Program-made: the position numbers and the translations under genes | Source: Octopus vulgaris | Lineage: Eukaryota | Length of the DNA stretch: 64,000 bases | Reading direction: 5' to 3' | Assembly: GCA_951406725.2 (NCBI GenBank) | Contig: OX597835.1 | Coordinates: 41,044,001 to 41,108,000 of the forward strand | Shown here: positions 24,801 to 36,600 of the stretch, in pieces | Layout of the letters: the number at the start of each line of letters is the position of its first letter | Position numbering within the stretch: position 1 is the stretch's first letter | The notes under the pieces: generated by a model | Told to the model about the DNA's origin: nothing | The model's input: only the letters and a program-made list of their open reading frames with translations | Database searches by the model: none

Positions 24801-25318
24801 TTAACCCTTTCAATAATGTATTTATTTTGAGATGCTCTCTGTTTCTTTCAATTGCTTTAAATATAACAAAGAATTTAGTAAAATAATTTGGTTATCATTA
24901 AGCTAGTGTTCTTCATCATCATCATCATCGTTTAACGTCCGCTTTCCATGCTGGCATGGGTTGAATGATTTGACTGAGGTCTGGCAAACCAGATGGATGC
25001 ACCAGACTTTAATCTGATCTGGCAGTTTCTACAGCTGGATGCCCTTCCTAATGTCAACCACTCTGAGAGTGTAGTGGGTGCTTTTATGTGCCACCGGCAC
25101 GAGGGCCAAATCAGGCAGTACTGGCAATGGCCACACTCAAATGGTGCTTTTTATGTGCCACCTGCACAGGAGACAGTCCAGCGGCATTGGCAACAACCTC
25201 GCTCGAATAAATTGTGTCTAAGGTTTGGTGGAAGATTTTAATTCAAAACTTATGAAAACAAGACATTTGTACTTAGAGCCAGAGCCGATTTCAGCCAGGT
25301 TGGTAACGAAAGGGTTAA
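24801..25318. mobile_element. piggyBac-type MITE family 1 split by an (ATG)n-tailed SINE (~24911-25208)
   Basis: TTAACCCTTTC... and ...GTAACGAAAGGGTTAA halves join at AGCTAGTGTT|AAATTGTG. Confidence 0.88.
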
Positions 25319-27896
25319 GATATGATGTTAATGATTTAAATATTTTATGTTGTTGTTTGTTCTTTTTTCTTTCCTATTATTTTCCACCATTTGTTGATGC
25401 AGGTTTCAGTCTCTTGCAACCTCATTAGTATAGCTCATGGATAATTAATGAAACGAAGCCTAAGTTTAGGTTTTCAGAGTTAATTATAAACCTTATGTAT
25501 GCATGCATAAATGTGCAAGAATATATGTACACACATGCATGTAACAAATTTGAAGTACTGCCTAATGTGTAGTATGCTGCATGTCTTGTATAAACTCTTT
25601 GGAATCACCATGAAGTGATGAACAGGATTTTGTAAACCATGTAGACAAGAAGAAGAACAATGACTTCTGATGAAGTTTTTGGTTCCTCAGTTTATGACAA
25701 ATCTTTCTTGTTTGGAAACAATCTTATTTTCCTCAAAGACTGCAAAATAAGGTTGAAGGGAATAATTCAGTTTCACAGGAAGAGGAAAACAAAAATATTG
25801 GTAAATTAAAGTAGTAAAATTTAGAAGTTAATGAAGTTGGTTTTCTTATTGTTTACTTGCTTCAGTCATTGGCCTGTGGCCATGCTGGGGCACCAACCTT
25901 GAAATTGATCCCAGGTACTTATTTTCTCAGTTTCTTTTGCCAAATTGCTAAGCTACAGGGATGTAAACAAACCAACACCAGCTGCCAAGTGATAGAGAGG
26001 TACAAACACAGACACACACACACACACACACACACTCACACACACACTACACACAGATTTTTAATGCATGTAATTCATGTATTTGCCAGTAGGCTGCGAT
26101 TTGGTGTGATGGAGAATACTCTCTCAAAGTGTAGGGTGTTAAAACACCTGGAAGTCGTACCCATTGGGTATTTGTAGTTTGTTAATGTTTATTACATTGG
26201 TTCTACTTCTATTTCATAGTTGTGTGTGTATACACACACACACACATACACACACACACACATATACACACTCATGTGTGCAGGAGTGGCTGTGTGGTAA
26301 AAGTTTTGCTTCCCAACCACATGATTCTGGGTTCAGTCCCACTGCATGGCTCCTTGGGCAAGTGTCTTCTACTATAACCTTGGACCAGCCAAGGCTTTGT
26401 GAGTGGATTTGGTAGATGGAAACTGAAAACAGCCCATTGTATATGTGTGTGTCTTTGTGTCTGTTTGTCCCCACCATCACTGCTTGACAACTGCTGTTGG
26501 TGTGTTTACGTCCCCCATAATTTAGTTGTTTGGCAAAAGAGACTGATAGAAAAGGTACTAGGCTTTAAAAAAGAAATAAGTCCTGGGGTTGATTTGTTTG
26601 ACTAAAACCCTTCAAAGTGGTGCTCCAGCATGGCTGCACTCAAATGACTGAAACAAGTAAAAGAATAAAAGAATCTATATATGACATATTTCTTTATTTC
26701 CGTCTACGACATTCACTCACAAAGGTTTAGTTGAGGCAGGGTTATAGTAGAAGAAATTTCCCAGAGGTGCCATGCAGTGAGGTTGAACCTAAGACCCTGT
26801 GGTTGAAAAGCAAGCTTCTTAACACACAGCTCTGCTTGTGTTTTGAATGTTGAGATTTTAGTCATAGTAAAAATAAATTCTTACTCTCTTTACTCTTTTA
26901 CTTGTTTCAGTCATTTGACTGCGGCCATGCTGGAGCACCGCCTTTTAGTCGAGCAAATTGACCCCAGGTCTTCTTCTTTGTAAGCCCAGTACTTATTCTA
27001 TCGGTCTCTTTTGCCGAACCGCTAAGTTACGGGGACGTAAACACACCAGCATCGGTTGTCAAGTGATGTTGTGGGGACAAACACAGACACACAAGCATAT
27101 ACACACATACATATATGTATACATATATATGACGGGCTTTTTTCAGTTTCCATCTACCAAATCCACTCACAAGGCATTGGTCGGCCCGAGGCTATAGCAG
27201 AAGACACTTGCACATGGTGCCACGCAGTGGGACTGAACCTGGAACCATGTGGTTGGTAAGCAAGCTACTTACCACACAGCCACTCCTGCGCCTTGTATGA
27301 TTTTGTTTTCCATAAAGACTTGAGGTGACTATAGTAGAATTTTCTGCTGTGAAAATTGTAAGACTGACCTTTGTAGAATTGTAAAATTTTGGCAGAAGGA
27401 CAGTATGTGTATGTTGTTTGTTAGATGTGAAGAATTGACTGACTGCTATTGTTGCAGAGTCTGCTACAATCAGGATTCTGTCTGGGTTATTGTTGTTGTT
27501 CTCTATTGAGGGTCCCTCAGTATAGAGCTATTGGTTTCTTCGCCGATCAATAAATATTGCTTCTTGTGTTTTCTTGTGTCTGTTCAAGAAAGATGGTGAG
27601 CTGGCGGAGCTGTTAGAGAGACTGGCAGATAGGAATGCCTTGTGGTGTTTGTTCTGGTGCTCTGTACTATGAGTTCAAATGCCACCAAGGTCAACTTTCC
27701 TTTTAATCTTTTTAGTGGGTCGAGAAAGGATGAGTCTAGTACTGTTGTCAATTTTTCTCTCACTCTCTCCCTCTTGAAGAAATCAAATGTGTTGAGACAC
27801 AGAGAAGGATGAGTTCCTCCAGGTTTTAATATCTCCAAGACTTCATCAGGAATTGAGGGCCTAAGAAAGGTTTCTGAGGTAGCACAATTCCATCTA

Positions 27897-28129
27897 CATG
27901 AGGAATATCGTTGTCCAGATGGACAACGAAAAACCTGGCTGATCTGGAACCCAACCTAGGCCCCCATATCTTCGGCGTTCGCCGCTGTAATAAGGAGTGG
28001 TTGGAGATCACGTGGTCATTAGCCTCAAATCGCCAGGCCTGGTCAGCGTTTGTGAGAGATGCAGCATTGAGGATGAATGAAGCCAGCTCAACCCACCCCG
28101 GGTGAATGCTGTCAAGTCAAGTCAAGTCA
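27897..28129 (+). mobile_element. 5'-truncated RTE-clade LINE 3' end with TSD
   Basis: ORF end ..WLEITWSLASNRQAWSAFVRDAA..PG*, (GTCAA)n tail, 13-bp TSD ACAATTCCATCTA at 27884-27896 and 28130-28142. Confidence 0.85.
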
Positions 28130-28351
28130 ACAATTCCATCTAGATCAGTGTCTCTCAACCATTTTTTGCCTACGGATCCCCTGGATTCCTGTTTCACTCT
28201 ACTGGACTTCCATAGCCATTCGATTTATTTTTTAATTAATTGTTATTAAGAATTGCATGAAAAAATTAAAATATTTTGTGTATTGTAGAAGTAAAACCGA
28301 TTTATTACACATAAATTTTAACAAATCTTTTTTCTTGCTCTTTACATTCTG

Positions 28352-28514
28352 AGGCGCAGGAGTGGCTGTGTGGTAAGTAGCTTGCTTACCAACCACATGG
28401 TTCCGGGTTCAGTCCCACTGTGTAGTTCCTTGGGCAAGTGTCTTCTACTATAGCCTCGGGCCTACCAAAGCCTTGTGAGTGGATTTGGTAGACGGAAACT
28501 GAAAGAAGCCCGTC

Positions 28515-28562
<48 letters not shown>

Positions 28563-28778
28563 TTGTTTGTGTCTGTGTTTGTCCCCCTAGCATTGCTTGA
28601 CAACCGATGCTAGTGTGTTTATGTCCCCGTTACTTAGCGGTTCGGCAAAAGAGACCAATAGAATAAGTACTAGGCTTACAAAGAATAAGTTCTGGGGTCG
28701 ATTAACTCGACTAAAGGCGTCGCTCCGGCATGGCTGCAGTCAAGTGGCTGAATCAAGTAAAAGAGTAAAAGAGAGAGT
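28352..28778 (+). mobile_element. SINE family A: tRNA-derived head + CORE-like domain + internal (TA/TG)n + CR1-type tail (full copy)
   Basis: A box TGGCTGTGTGG, B box GGTTCAGTCC, CCTTGGGCAAGT CORE-like motif; many near-identical copies in the window. Confidence 0.85.
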
Positions 28779-28971
28779 AGGACCCCCAAGGGCCATATGG
28801 ACCCTTGTTGAACCACTGATGTAGGTTGTGTGACATTAAAAGTCATCATTTCTAACAATAATTACTGCCAAGCAAAGTGAGAGCAATCATATTTCCATAC
28901 ATTTTGGCATTTTATGTTTACTACATTTGATGTTGGTGGCAAGCTGGAAGAATCGTTAGCATGTTGGCATC

Positions 28972-29365
28972 GAGAGTTACACAAATGCTTGAACTGGGCG
29001 CCACTGCAGAGTGCCGAGGACTCCAAATTTGCCATCAAGATGTAGGACAAGATACTGTGATAGCCTGGGCTTCAGAGGCCCACAGCTCTTCAATATCCTC
29101 CCGAAGAACCTGAGAGACCTGCATGGGGTGGATGCAGATGTCTTTAAAATAAAACTGGATCTCTTCCTGTCAGGTGTCCCAGATGAATCAACTTCACGGC
29201 AGGAGGTGCAGATGAGGGCAGCTGCATCGAACTCTCTCATGCACCAAATGGCAATTGCTAAAAAGCATTTGTGAAGTAAAATCATGTAGCAACACCAAAT
29301 GGCGGTGCACCAGCATGGCCACAGCTCGTGAGCTGAAACTAGATAAGAAGAAAGAAGAAAGAAGA
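28972..29365 (+). mobile_element. CR1-group LINE ORF2 C-terminus and 3' tail, nested in an old SINE
   Basis: SLGFRGPQLFNILPKNLRDL..VFKIKLDLFLSGVPDE..AASNSL is typical of CR1/L2-group ORF2 ends; tail GGCGGTGCACCAGCATGGCCACAG. Confidence 0.85.
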
Positions 29366-29660
29366 TTATGCTTAGTGGTATTTTTTCTTGCTCTTTACAT
29401 TCTGAGTTCAAATCTTGCCACGGTTGACTTTGACTCCACTACTTGACTATTACCTCATTTTAGCAACCCCTGAAAGGGATGAGAGGCAATGTGATTGACT
29501 TGTCCCCTCTAGCCAAATGGCTGGCCCTGAACTCTGCAACAGATTGGTGTCCCATTCAGGAGGAATGCTGGGATCTCTGTCACTTATTTGTTATGGAAAC
29601 CAGGTAACTGGCTTTAGGAGTTCTAGGGATCAAAAAAGAAGAGAAAAAAAAATCAAAGAA

Positions 29661-30027
29661 TCTCTCTATATATAAACAGCAAAATATCTGTGTGTGTGTA
29701 TGTCCTTTATACAAATCCACAATTTTTCAGTGAGAGGGCTCGCATTTTCTGTGGTCATTCAAAACCGTCCAAGGGTGGTCGTGCACATCTTTACATTTCC
29801 CCAGTCACCCCGCAAAGCCATTAAAAAATCAATAGAAGTGACTTTTTTGTGAATTTTCTATCCAAAACCCAATCAAAATGCCTGAAACTTGATACGCCAA
29901 TTGAATGCCAGCTAGCTGTATGTGATTGGTCAGAGATTTGGACAGTACTCGCGTGTATGTGCGCATGCACGCAGCTGTATATGCATGCACTAGCACTATG
30001 ACCGGCATTGCCAGGTCATAGTGCTAG
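29661..30027 (+). mobile_element. Complete non-autonomous Helitron
   Basis: A|TCTCTCTATATATAAA 5' end, subterminal hairpin, CTAG|T 3' end, inserted between A and T with no TSD. Confidence 0.85.
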
Positions 30028-30232
30028 TTTGATAAAGCTGTTCCCTCGAGTGTTTTGTGATTTGTCCTCATAATGCCATTCCAACTTCTTGTTTGTTGCC
30101 TCTCTGAAATATCTATTAATGTCAATATTCAAGAATTGCTTTTATTGTTTTCCTTTTTGTCTTCCCACCAGGGTCGTTGAATATATCTCAATGGTATTGT
30201 TAACCCACACTGTCAAGTCCTCAAGCTACAAC

Positions 30233-30311
30233 ATGGGTAAGAAGAATCGACTGAAATCTCACCGAGAATCGGTAGTTAATGGCTCTGAATCTTCAGAAGA
30301 AAGTTTCGTAG
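30233..30311 (+). CDS. USP16/45: USP16/USP45-family ubiquitin carboxyl-terminal hydrolase, first coding exon (MGKKNRLKSHRESVVNGSESSEESFV-G)
   Basis: ATG at 30233. The MGKK...acidic N-terminus resembles USP16. Pyrimidine tract + CAG acceptor at 30171; donor G|GTAAGT after 30311 (phase 1) matches the next exon. An in-frame upstream ATG at 30191 is also possible. Confidence 0.8.
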
Positions 30312-30919
30312 GTAAGTCAGTTAAGTCGTAGTTTCAATACACGTCATCTCGTTTATCACCATTTCATTCGTCACCGACGACCCAGGACAACACACGATTA
30401 ACACTGAATCATGTTACGCTTATCACAGATTGATCTGTGATAACACGGGTCAGCTATCAGTCAAAAACTTTCATTTTCTTGTAAAAACATACCTCAACAA
30501 CTAATCACAATGCTCAGCTATCCAAAATGCACTGACTATCGGTTGTGTTTACATGACCTTTCGAAATCTCAAAGCTTCGAGATAATGCATGATTAATTCA
30601 AAATAATGTGAATAAATAAACATTACATTTGACAGAGTAATCTGAAGGCTAAAGGGATAATGATTTATATGCATCAGTAATATATACATACATTAAATAT
30701 TCTACTTGTTTTATGTCCAAACTGGCTGGATCTGGTCTCTCACACCTACTCTACAATGCCATCCTGAAAATAACAACCACATCATTGAAATTTTAAAGCT
30801 TATGAGATAATGCTTGATTAGTTCCAAACAATGTGAATAAATGAGCATAACGTTTGGCTGAGCAATCTGAATGCTAAAGGTTACCCCCCCCCTCCATGAT
30901 AAACAAGGCTAGATGTATT

Positions 30920-31365
30920 ATACTGCATTATTTACATTATTTACTTTTGACGGATGTTTGTCCTGATCTTGTTTGTTGTTAATACAATGTTTCGGCTGAT
31001 ATACCCTCCAGTCTTCATCAGGTGTCTTGGGGAAATTTTGAACCTGGGTTCTCATTCCTAAGGCATTTTTCGATATTATTATTGTTCAGGTCACTGCCTG
31101 GAATCGAGCTCAGAATCTTGGGGTTAGTAGCTCTTGCTCTTAACCGCTCACTATACCATATGCCCACAGGCATATGGCGAACCTGGGTTCCCATTCCTAA
31201 GGTATTTTCTGATGTTATTATTATTCAGGTCACTTCTTGGAATCAAACTCGGAATCTTGGGGTTAGTAGCCCGCACTCTTAACCACTACGCCATATGCCC
31301 GTGGGCATGTAATGTAATTATGTAAATAATGTACATAATTCCTCATCTCTCAAATAAAGAACTGT
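30920..31365 (-). mobile_element. tRNA-headed tandem element carrying a hammerhead motif (SINE/retrozyme-like)
   Basis: Minus strand: two tRNA-like heads (A box TGGCGTAGTGG, B-box-like GAGYTYGATTCC) at ~31300-31229 and ~31165-31090, then ACAC-CTGATGA-..-AGCC-GAAA-CATT at 31026-30981. Confidence 0.65.
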
Positions 31366-32105
31366 ATTTTGTATTACACTAGTTGTCAGGATTGCATTTT
31401 AATTTGGGTCCCTTCCTACTTCAACATTTTCATTTCCAAAAATTAGAATCAGATTAGATTATCAACTAAATAAATTAGAACTGACTGACAGGTAATACTA
31501 TGGACTGTTTTTTTATTCTTTTACTTGTTTCAGTCATTGAACCAAGGCCATGCTGGAGTACTGTCTTGAAGGATTTTAGTTGATCCTATTGATCCCCCTA
31601 GCCCTAACCCCTGCACTTATTTTTAAATCTTAGACTTAATGATCTCTGTAACAATCCAAAGTTATGCAACATAAACACAGACACCATTTTATTAAGTGCT
31701 GTAAATGTTCACACAGACACAGAAGACTATCTCCCCCACTACATCCACAAATGTTGCAGGCTTCCACCTAGTTTCCTTCTAATATTTTTACTCCCAAGCA
31801 TTGGTCAACTTGAGATTATAATAGAAGATATTTTTCCAAGGTGGGACTGAACCTGAGACCACATGGTTATGAAGCAAACTTCTTTACCACAATTTACCCA
31901 TAAAATTTCTATTTTGAGCAACTTTCTAACTCACTCTGCTGCATTTTTCTGAGAATTTTGGTTCAACTTTTTCTAGAAATTGAATTCATTATTGATATGC
32001 TGATAATGGTGATCTTTGACATTGTTTGGGGAGGACTGTAATCAACTAAGTCCACTCCTCTCCACTCCCTCCCCTATATATGATTGATACATATATTATT
32101 ATTGT

Positions 32106-32490
32106 GGAGGCGCAATGGCCCAGTGGTTAGGGCAGCGGACTCGCGGTCATAGGATCGCGGTTTCGATTCCCAGACCGGGCGTTGTGAGTGTTTATTGAGC
32201 GAAAACACCTAAAAAGCTCCACGAGGCTCCGGCAGGGGATGGTGGTGATCTCTGCTGTATTCTTTCACCACAACTTTCTCTCACTCTTACTTCCTGTTTC
32301 TGTTGTACCTGTATTTCAAAGGGCCGGCCTTGTCACTCTCTGTGTCACGCTGAATATCCCCGAGAACTACGTTAAGGGTACAGGTGTCTGTGGAGTGCTC
32401 AGCCACTTACACGTTAATTTCACGAGCAGGCTGTTCCGTTGATCGGATCAACCGGAACCCTCGTCGTCGTAACCGACGGAGTGCTTTCAT
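32106..32490 (+). mobile_element. tRNA-derived SINE (family D head, tail type 1)
   Basis: GGAGGCGCAATGGCCCAGTGGTTAGGGC..GGTTTCGATTCCC with A and B boxes, CpG-rich (young). Confidence 0.85.
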
Positions 32491-32728
32491 TCCATTATTA
32501 TTATTATTATTGAAGGCGATGAACTAGCAGAATTGTTAGCGCACCAGTCAAAATGTTTAGTGGTGTTTTGTCCATCCTTACATTCTGAGTTCAAATTCCA
32601 CCAAGGTTGACTTTGCCTTTCATCCTTTTGGGGTTGATGAAAATAAGTACCAGTTATGCACTGGGGTCGATGTAATCAACTTACCCCCTCCTCCAAAATT
32701 TCAGGCCTTGTGCCTATAGTAGAAAGGA

Positions 32729-32768
<40 letters not shown>

Positions 32769-33227
32769 GTGGTGGATTGGCAAAATCGTTTGAATGTTGG
32801 ACAAACTTCTTTACAGAATTTCTTCAGACTGTTTACTTTCTGAGTTCAAATGCTCATCTGTCTCTCTTGTCTGGTCTGTGGTGACAGTTACATATACTGC
32901 ACCTCCTTGAATCCTTTATAAATATAAAACATTGTCATCTCCTAACATTAGTTTCTCCTTTTAAATAATCCCATCATTCACCATTATTGGCTTCAATCAG
33001 AAAACCTTTATTCTAGACATAAAGAATCCCTCCTGCAGGGGTCAGCTAGCTCTTTGTGTAATGGCCCACTTTGAATTTATAATTTTATATTATCTCCCAT
33101 AGTACACATGTGTATCTTTCATATAAAAATACCCCCGTCTGTATCCCACTTTTTCCATTGATGGTAATGTGTATATTTTCCCATCCTACCAATTGTGACA
33201 CAAGAGATGATTATCTGCATTGACTGC

Positions 33228-33720
33228 TTAAGCCTTTCATTACTGTATTTATTTTGAGATGCTCTGTGTTTCTTTCAATTACTTTAAATATAATAAAGAA
33301 TTTAGTAAAATAACATTGTTATCATTAAAGTAGTATAAGGGACATAAATTGTGACTAAGGTTTGGAGGAAGATTTTAATTCAAAACTTATGAAAACAAGA
33401 CATTTGTACTCAGAGCTAGAGCCGGTTTCAGCCGGGTTGGTAACGAAAGGGTTAATGATCTACAAATAAATTAAATTTGAAAAGCTTTTAGGAAGGTCAC
33501 AAGGCTAGAAATTTTGGGGATGAGGGTCAGTCAATTAAATTGGCCCCAGTGTTCAAACTATTTTATTAGTAAAATAACTTAGTTATCATTAAGTTAGTGT
33601 TAGGAACATAAATTGTGACTAAGGTTTGGTGGAAGATTTTAATCCAAAACTTATGAAAACAAGACATTTGTACTACAGAGCCAGAGGTGGTTTCAGGCGG
33701 TTTAGTATCAAAAGGGTTAA
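33228..33720. mobile_element. piggyBac-type MITE family 1, one full copy (33228-33455) and one partial copy (~33565-33720)
   Basis: Same internal sequence as the 62986 copy in opposite orientation; ends AAAGGGTTAA. Confidence 0.88.
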
Positions 33721-33868
33721 TCTGCATTAGGGTCCTTATACATTACGGGATAAAAGTGATTTTCTTTAACATGTGCAAACAGTTGCTTATCATTTTCTTT
33801 TTTTTGTAAGATATCCTGAAATGATGCATTTTCACTAATATTTAACCATTTTTGTTCTTTTGCTCCAG

Positions 33869-33954
33869 GACAAGGTTGTCCTCACGTAAACAAGGCTGTG
33901 AATTTTGCAGCTATGAAGAAATCATTGCTGAAGGAAAAATTTGGAATTTGCAAA
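33869..33954 (+). CDS. USP16/45: USP16/45 exon, start of ZnF-UBP (GQGCPHVNKAVNFAAMKKSLLKEKFGICK)
   Basis: tttgctccAG acceptor, GTATGT donor, phase 1 to 0; CxH motif of the ZnF-UBP N-terminus. Confidence 0.9.
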
Positions 33955-34440
33955 GTATGTAGCAAAACAAAGTTGTGTATGTTTGAGTGGAATGTTTCAG
34001 TTGAGTTTTTGATAGAAGTCTGTGACCATATTATGTTTGAGTTCTGATTAGACATTTATCTGTGAAAGATATCTACATTGCCTTTGTAGATGTGTGTGTG
34101 TGAGAGCAAGTTTATATATATTTCTGTGTGTATAAAATTGTATTCAAATAAAGGTACATATCATGTGTATGTAAAACTTTAATTGCAATTTTGATGTGTA
34201 TGTGTGTGTGAAAGATACTGTATATGTACATACATCTTTTATTTGCGAGTTTGTATGCATATATACTTGTGAATGAGTATTTATAAGTGTGTGTGTACAT
34301 GTGAATGTGTTTCTATAAGCATGTGTATATATTTCGTTTTGGGATTTGGTTTGCAAGATTCTTTATATGAGTTCGTGTGTTGAAGCATATTCTGTTGTTT
34401 CTGGGGAGAGCCATTCTCTTTTAGTGCCTTATTATTTAAC

Positions 34441-34589
34441 ACACTCACTGCTAAAATTTCCACTTATTTCTTATTTTTATTTTCTAAAATTTTCTCAAGA
34501 GAGTCAAGACTATTGAAAAGGTTGCAACATGCAACGAAAATTTTAGAAAATAAAAATAAGAAATAAGTGGAAATTTTAGCGGTGTGTGT
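34441..34589. repeat. Intronic inverted repeat, ~50-bp near-perfect arms
   Basis: GCTAAAATTTCCACTTATTTCTTATTTTTATTTTCTAAAATTTTC / GAAAATTTTAGAAAATAAAAATAAGAAATAAGTGGAAATTTTAGC. Confidence 0.92.
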
Positions 34590-34676
34590 GTGTGTGTATA
34601 TGTTTATGGTTTTATCTTTCAATCATTTGTAAACATCCATCAAGAACTGATGCGAATGTTGTTTCTCCCTGAACAG

Positions 34677-34784
34677 GACTGTCCCAAGAAGACTGAGAAT
34701 AAGAAAATTTCCGACACTTCACTGGCTGTAAACGGAGATGATTATGAAGGAACATTGTGGGTTTGTCTTCTATGTGGAAATCAG
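34677..34784 (+). CDS. USP16/45: USP16/45 exon, ZnF-UBP (DCPKK...TLWVCLLCGNQ)
   Basis: CAG acceptor, GTGATG donor, 108 nt, phase 0-0; completes CxxC and supplies the W-x-C-L-x-C-G motif. Confidence 0.92.
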
Positions 34785-36600
34785 GTGATGGATTGTTATT
34801 CTTTTATTACTTCAGTTGCTCTTCAACACAGTTTTTAGAATCATCATTGGAGTCCTTAGAAACACACACACACTGTGTTAACACAGTTTGTAGTATGTTA
34901 GTTCACTCAGCTGTAGAAATGAGTTGCGATGTCACAGGTGCCAAGCTGTATTGGCCCTTGCCTTTCCCTTGGATAACACTGGTGACGGTATGCATAGGTG
35001 ACCGCTGGTCTTCTATAAAACGACCTTGCCCAGACTTGTGCCTCAGAGGGTAACTTTCTAGGTGCAAGCCCATGATCAGTGTCTGACCGAAGGGGGTCAC
35101 AAAAAAAAAGTATGTTAGTTGATGTGCATACCACTTGGCCAGTACCCTTGTTGGTGCCATGTAAAAAGCACTCAGCACACTCTGTGAAGTGGTTTGGCAT
35201 TAAGAAGTGCTCCCAGCTGTAGAAACCATGTGAAAACAATTGGAGCTTGGTGCAGCTCTCCAGCTTGCCAGCCCCTGTCAAACTGTCCAACCCATGCCAG
35301 CATGGAAAACAGATGCTAAATGATGATGAGGATGATGATGATGATGATGACATGAAGCAGTGTTGAATAAAAAGTATTCATTTTAAAGTTGTATTTAACA
35401 TTTGAGTGCATTTGAATTATTTGCTGTGAACATCAGATTTGGTGTCCATTGCTGACAAAGTGAAAAGATGTAGAAACACATTCATCCTACGTCTGATGAC
35501 AAATTTCAAAGCCCTAAATGTGTTTTCACACATGTTGAAGAGGAGAATTTTCTCTTGGGATATCTGCAGAGGAAGGTCTTGCTTGCCCTTCAATACATTC
35601 AATTGTTAAATGTGATTGTGTATAGTTTTTATTCTATACTTCTTTGCATGGCATTATTTATTTAATTCCAGCTTGACCAAGCCTCATGCACATCAGCAAA
35701 CATGTTGTTTTAATAAGAATAATTTTGTTCTTATCAAGCCTTGACTGGCTTCTGTGCTGGTGGCACATAGAAAGCACCAACCGATCGTGGCCGTTGCCAG
35801 CCTTCCCAGGCACTTCTGCCGGTGGCACATAAAATGCACCCACTACACTCACGGAGTGGTTAGCATTACGAAGGGCATCCATCTGTAGAAACACTGCCAG
35901 ATCAGACTGGAGCCTGGTGCAGCCTTCGGGCTTCCCAGACCCCCGTTGAACCGTCCAACCCATGCCAGCATGGAAAGCGGACATAAAACAAAAAGGAAGC
36001 TGTGGACGACATTTAGTATTTGTTGCTGACAAATTGTAAAGATGCAAAAATGTTTGTGTCCTGTGATCCAGTGATGCTGTTCACAGCCCAAGATGTATTT
36101 CCACACATGTCCTGGAGGAAAACTTTCCTCTGGGAATATTTCCACAACAGCAGGTCTTCTCACACAAGGACTGTCCAAAGCCTTGTGAGTGGATTTGGTA
36201 GATGGAAATCCATCAGATTTGTGTCTTCCTGTCTTCATATTGTGTGATTGTTATGAATGATTGCTATTCATTTCCGGTATTCTATGGAAATGTATCTGGT
36301 CATGGGGAAATATTACCTTATTTGGAAACTGGTAAGGGTTAGCTACAGGAAAGGCATCTGAGTGTAAAAAAATCTACCTTAATAAACTCTGCTGATCCAT
36401 GCAAGCATGGAATATTGGACGTTAAGAACGATGATGATGATGTGGATGGGTACATAGTCACATCCATGGCTTCCATCTCTTGGATTTTAGCATCCGTCTG
36501 GACTCACTTCCTTGATTCACTAATTTTTTTTTTGTTTTTATGTATGTATCTGTTTGTGTTTTTTTTCTTGCCATATTTATTTCTGTCTCTTCTTCTTCAG

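Noticed and set aside
32106-32180. tRNA gene
   Set aside because: A and B boxes are present, but the acceptor stem is not closed and it runs into a dispersed repeat body, so it is a SINE head (same for 61143, 31229-31300, ~42560 and ~45980).
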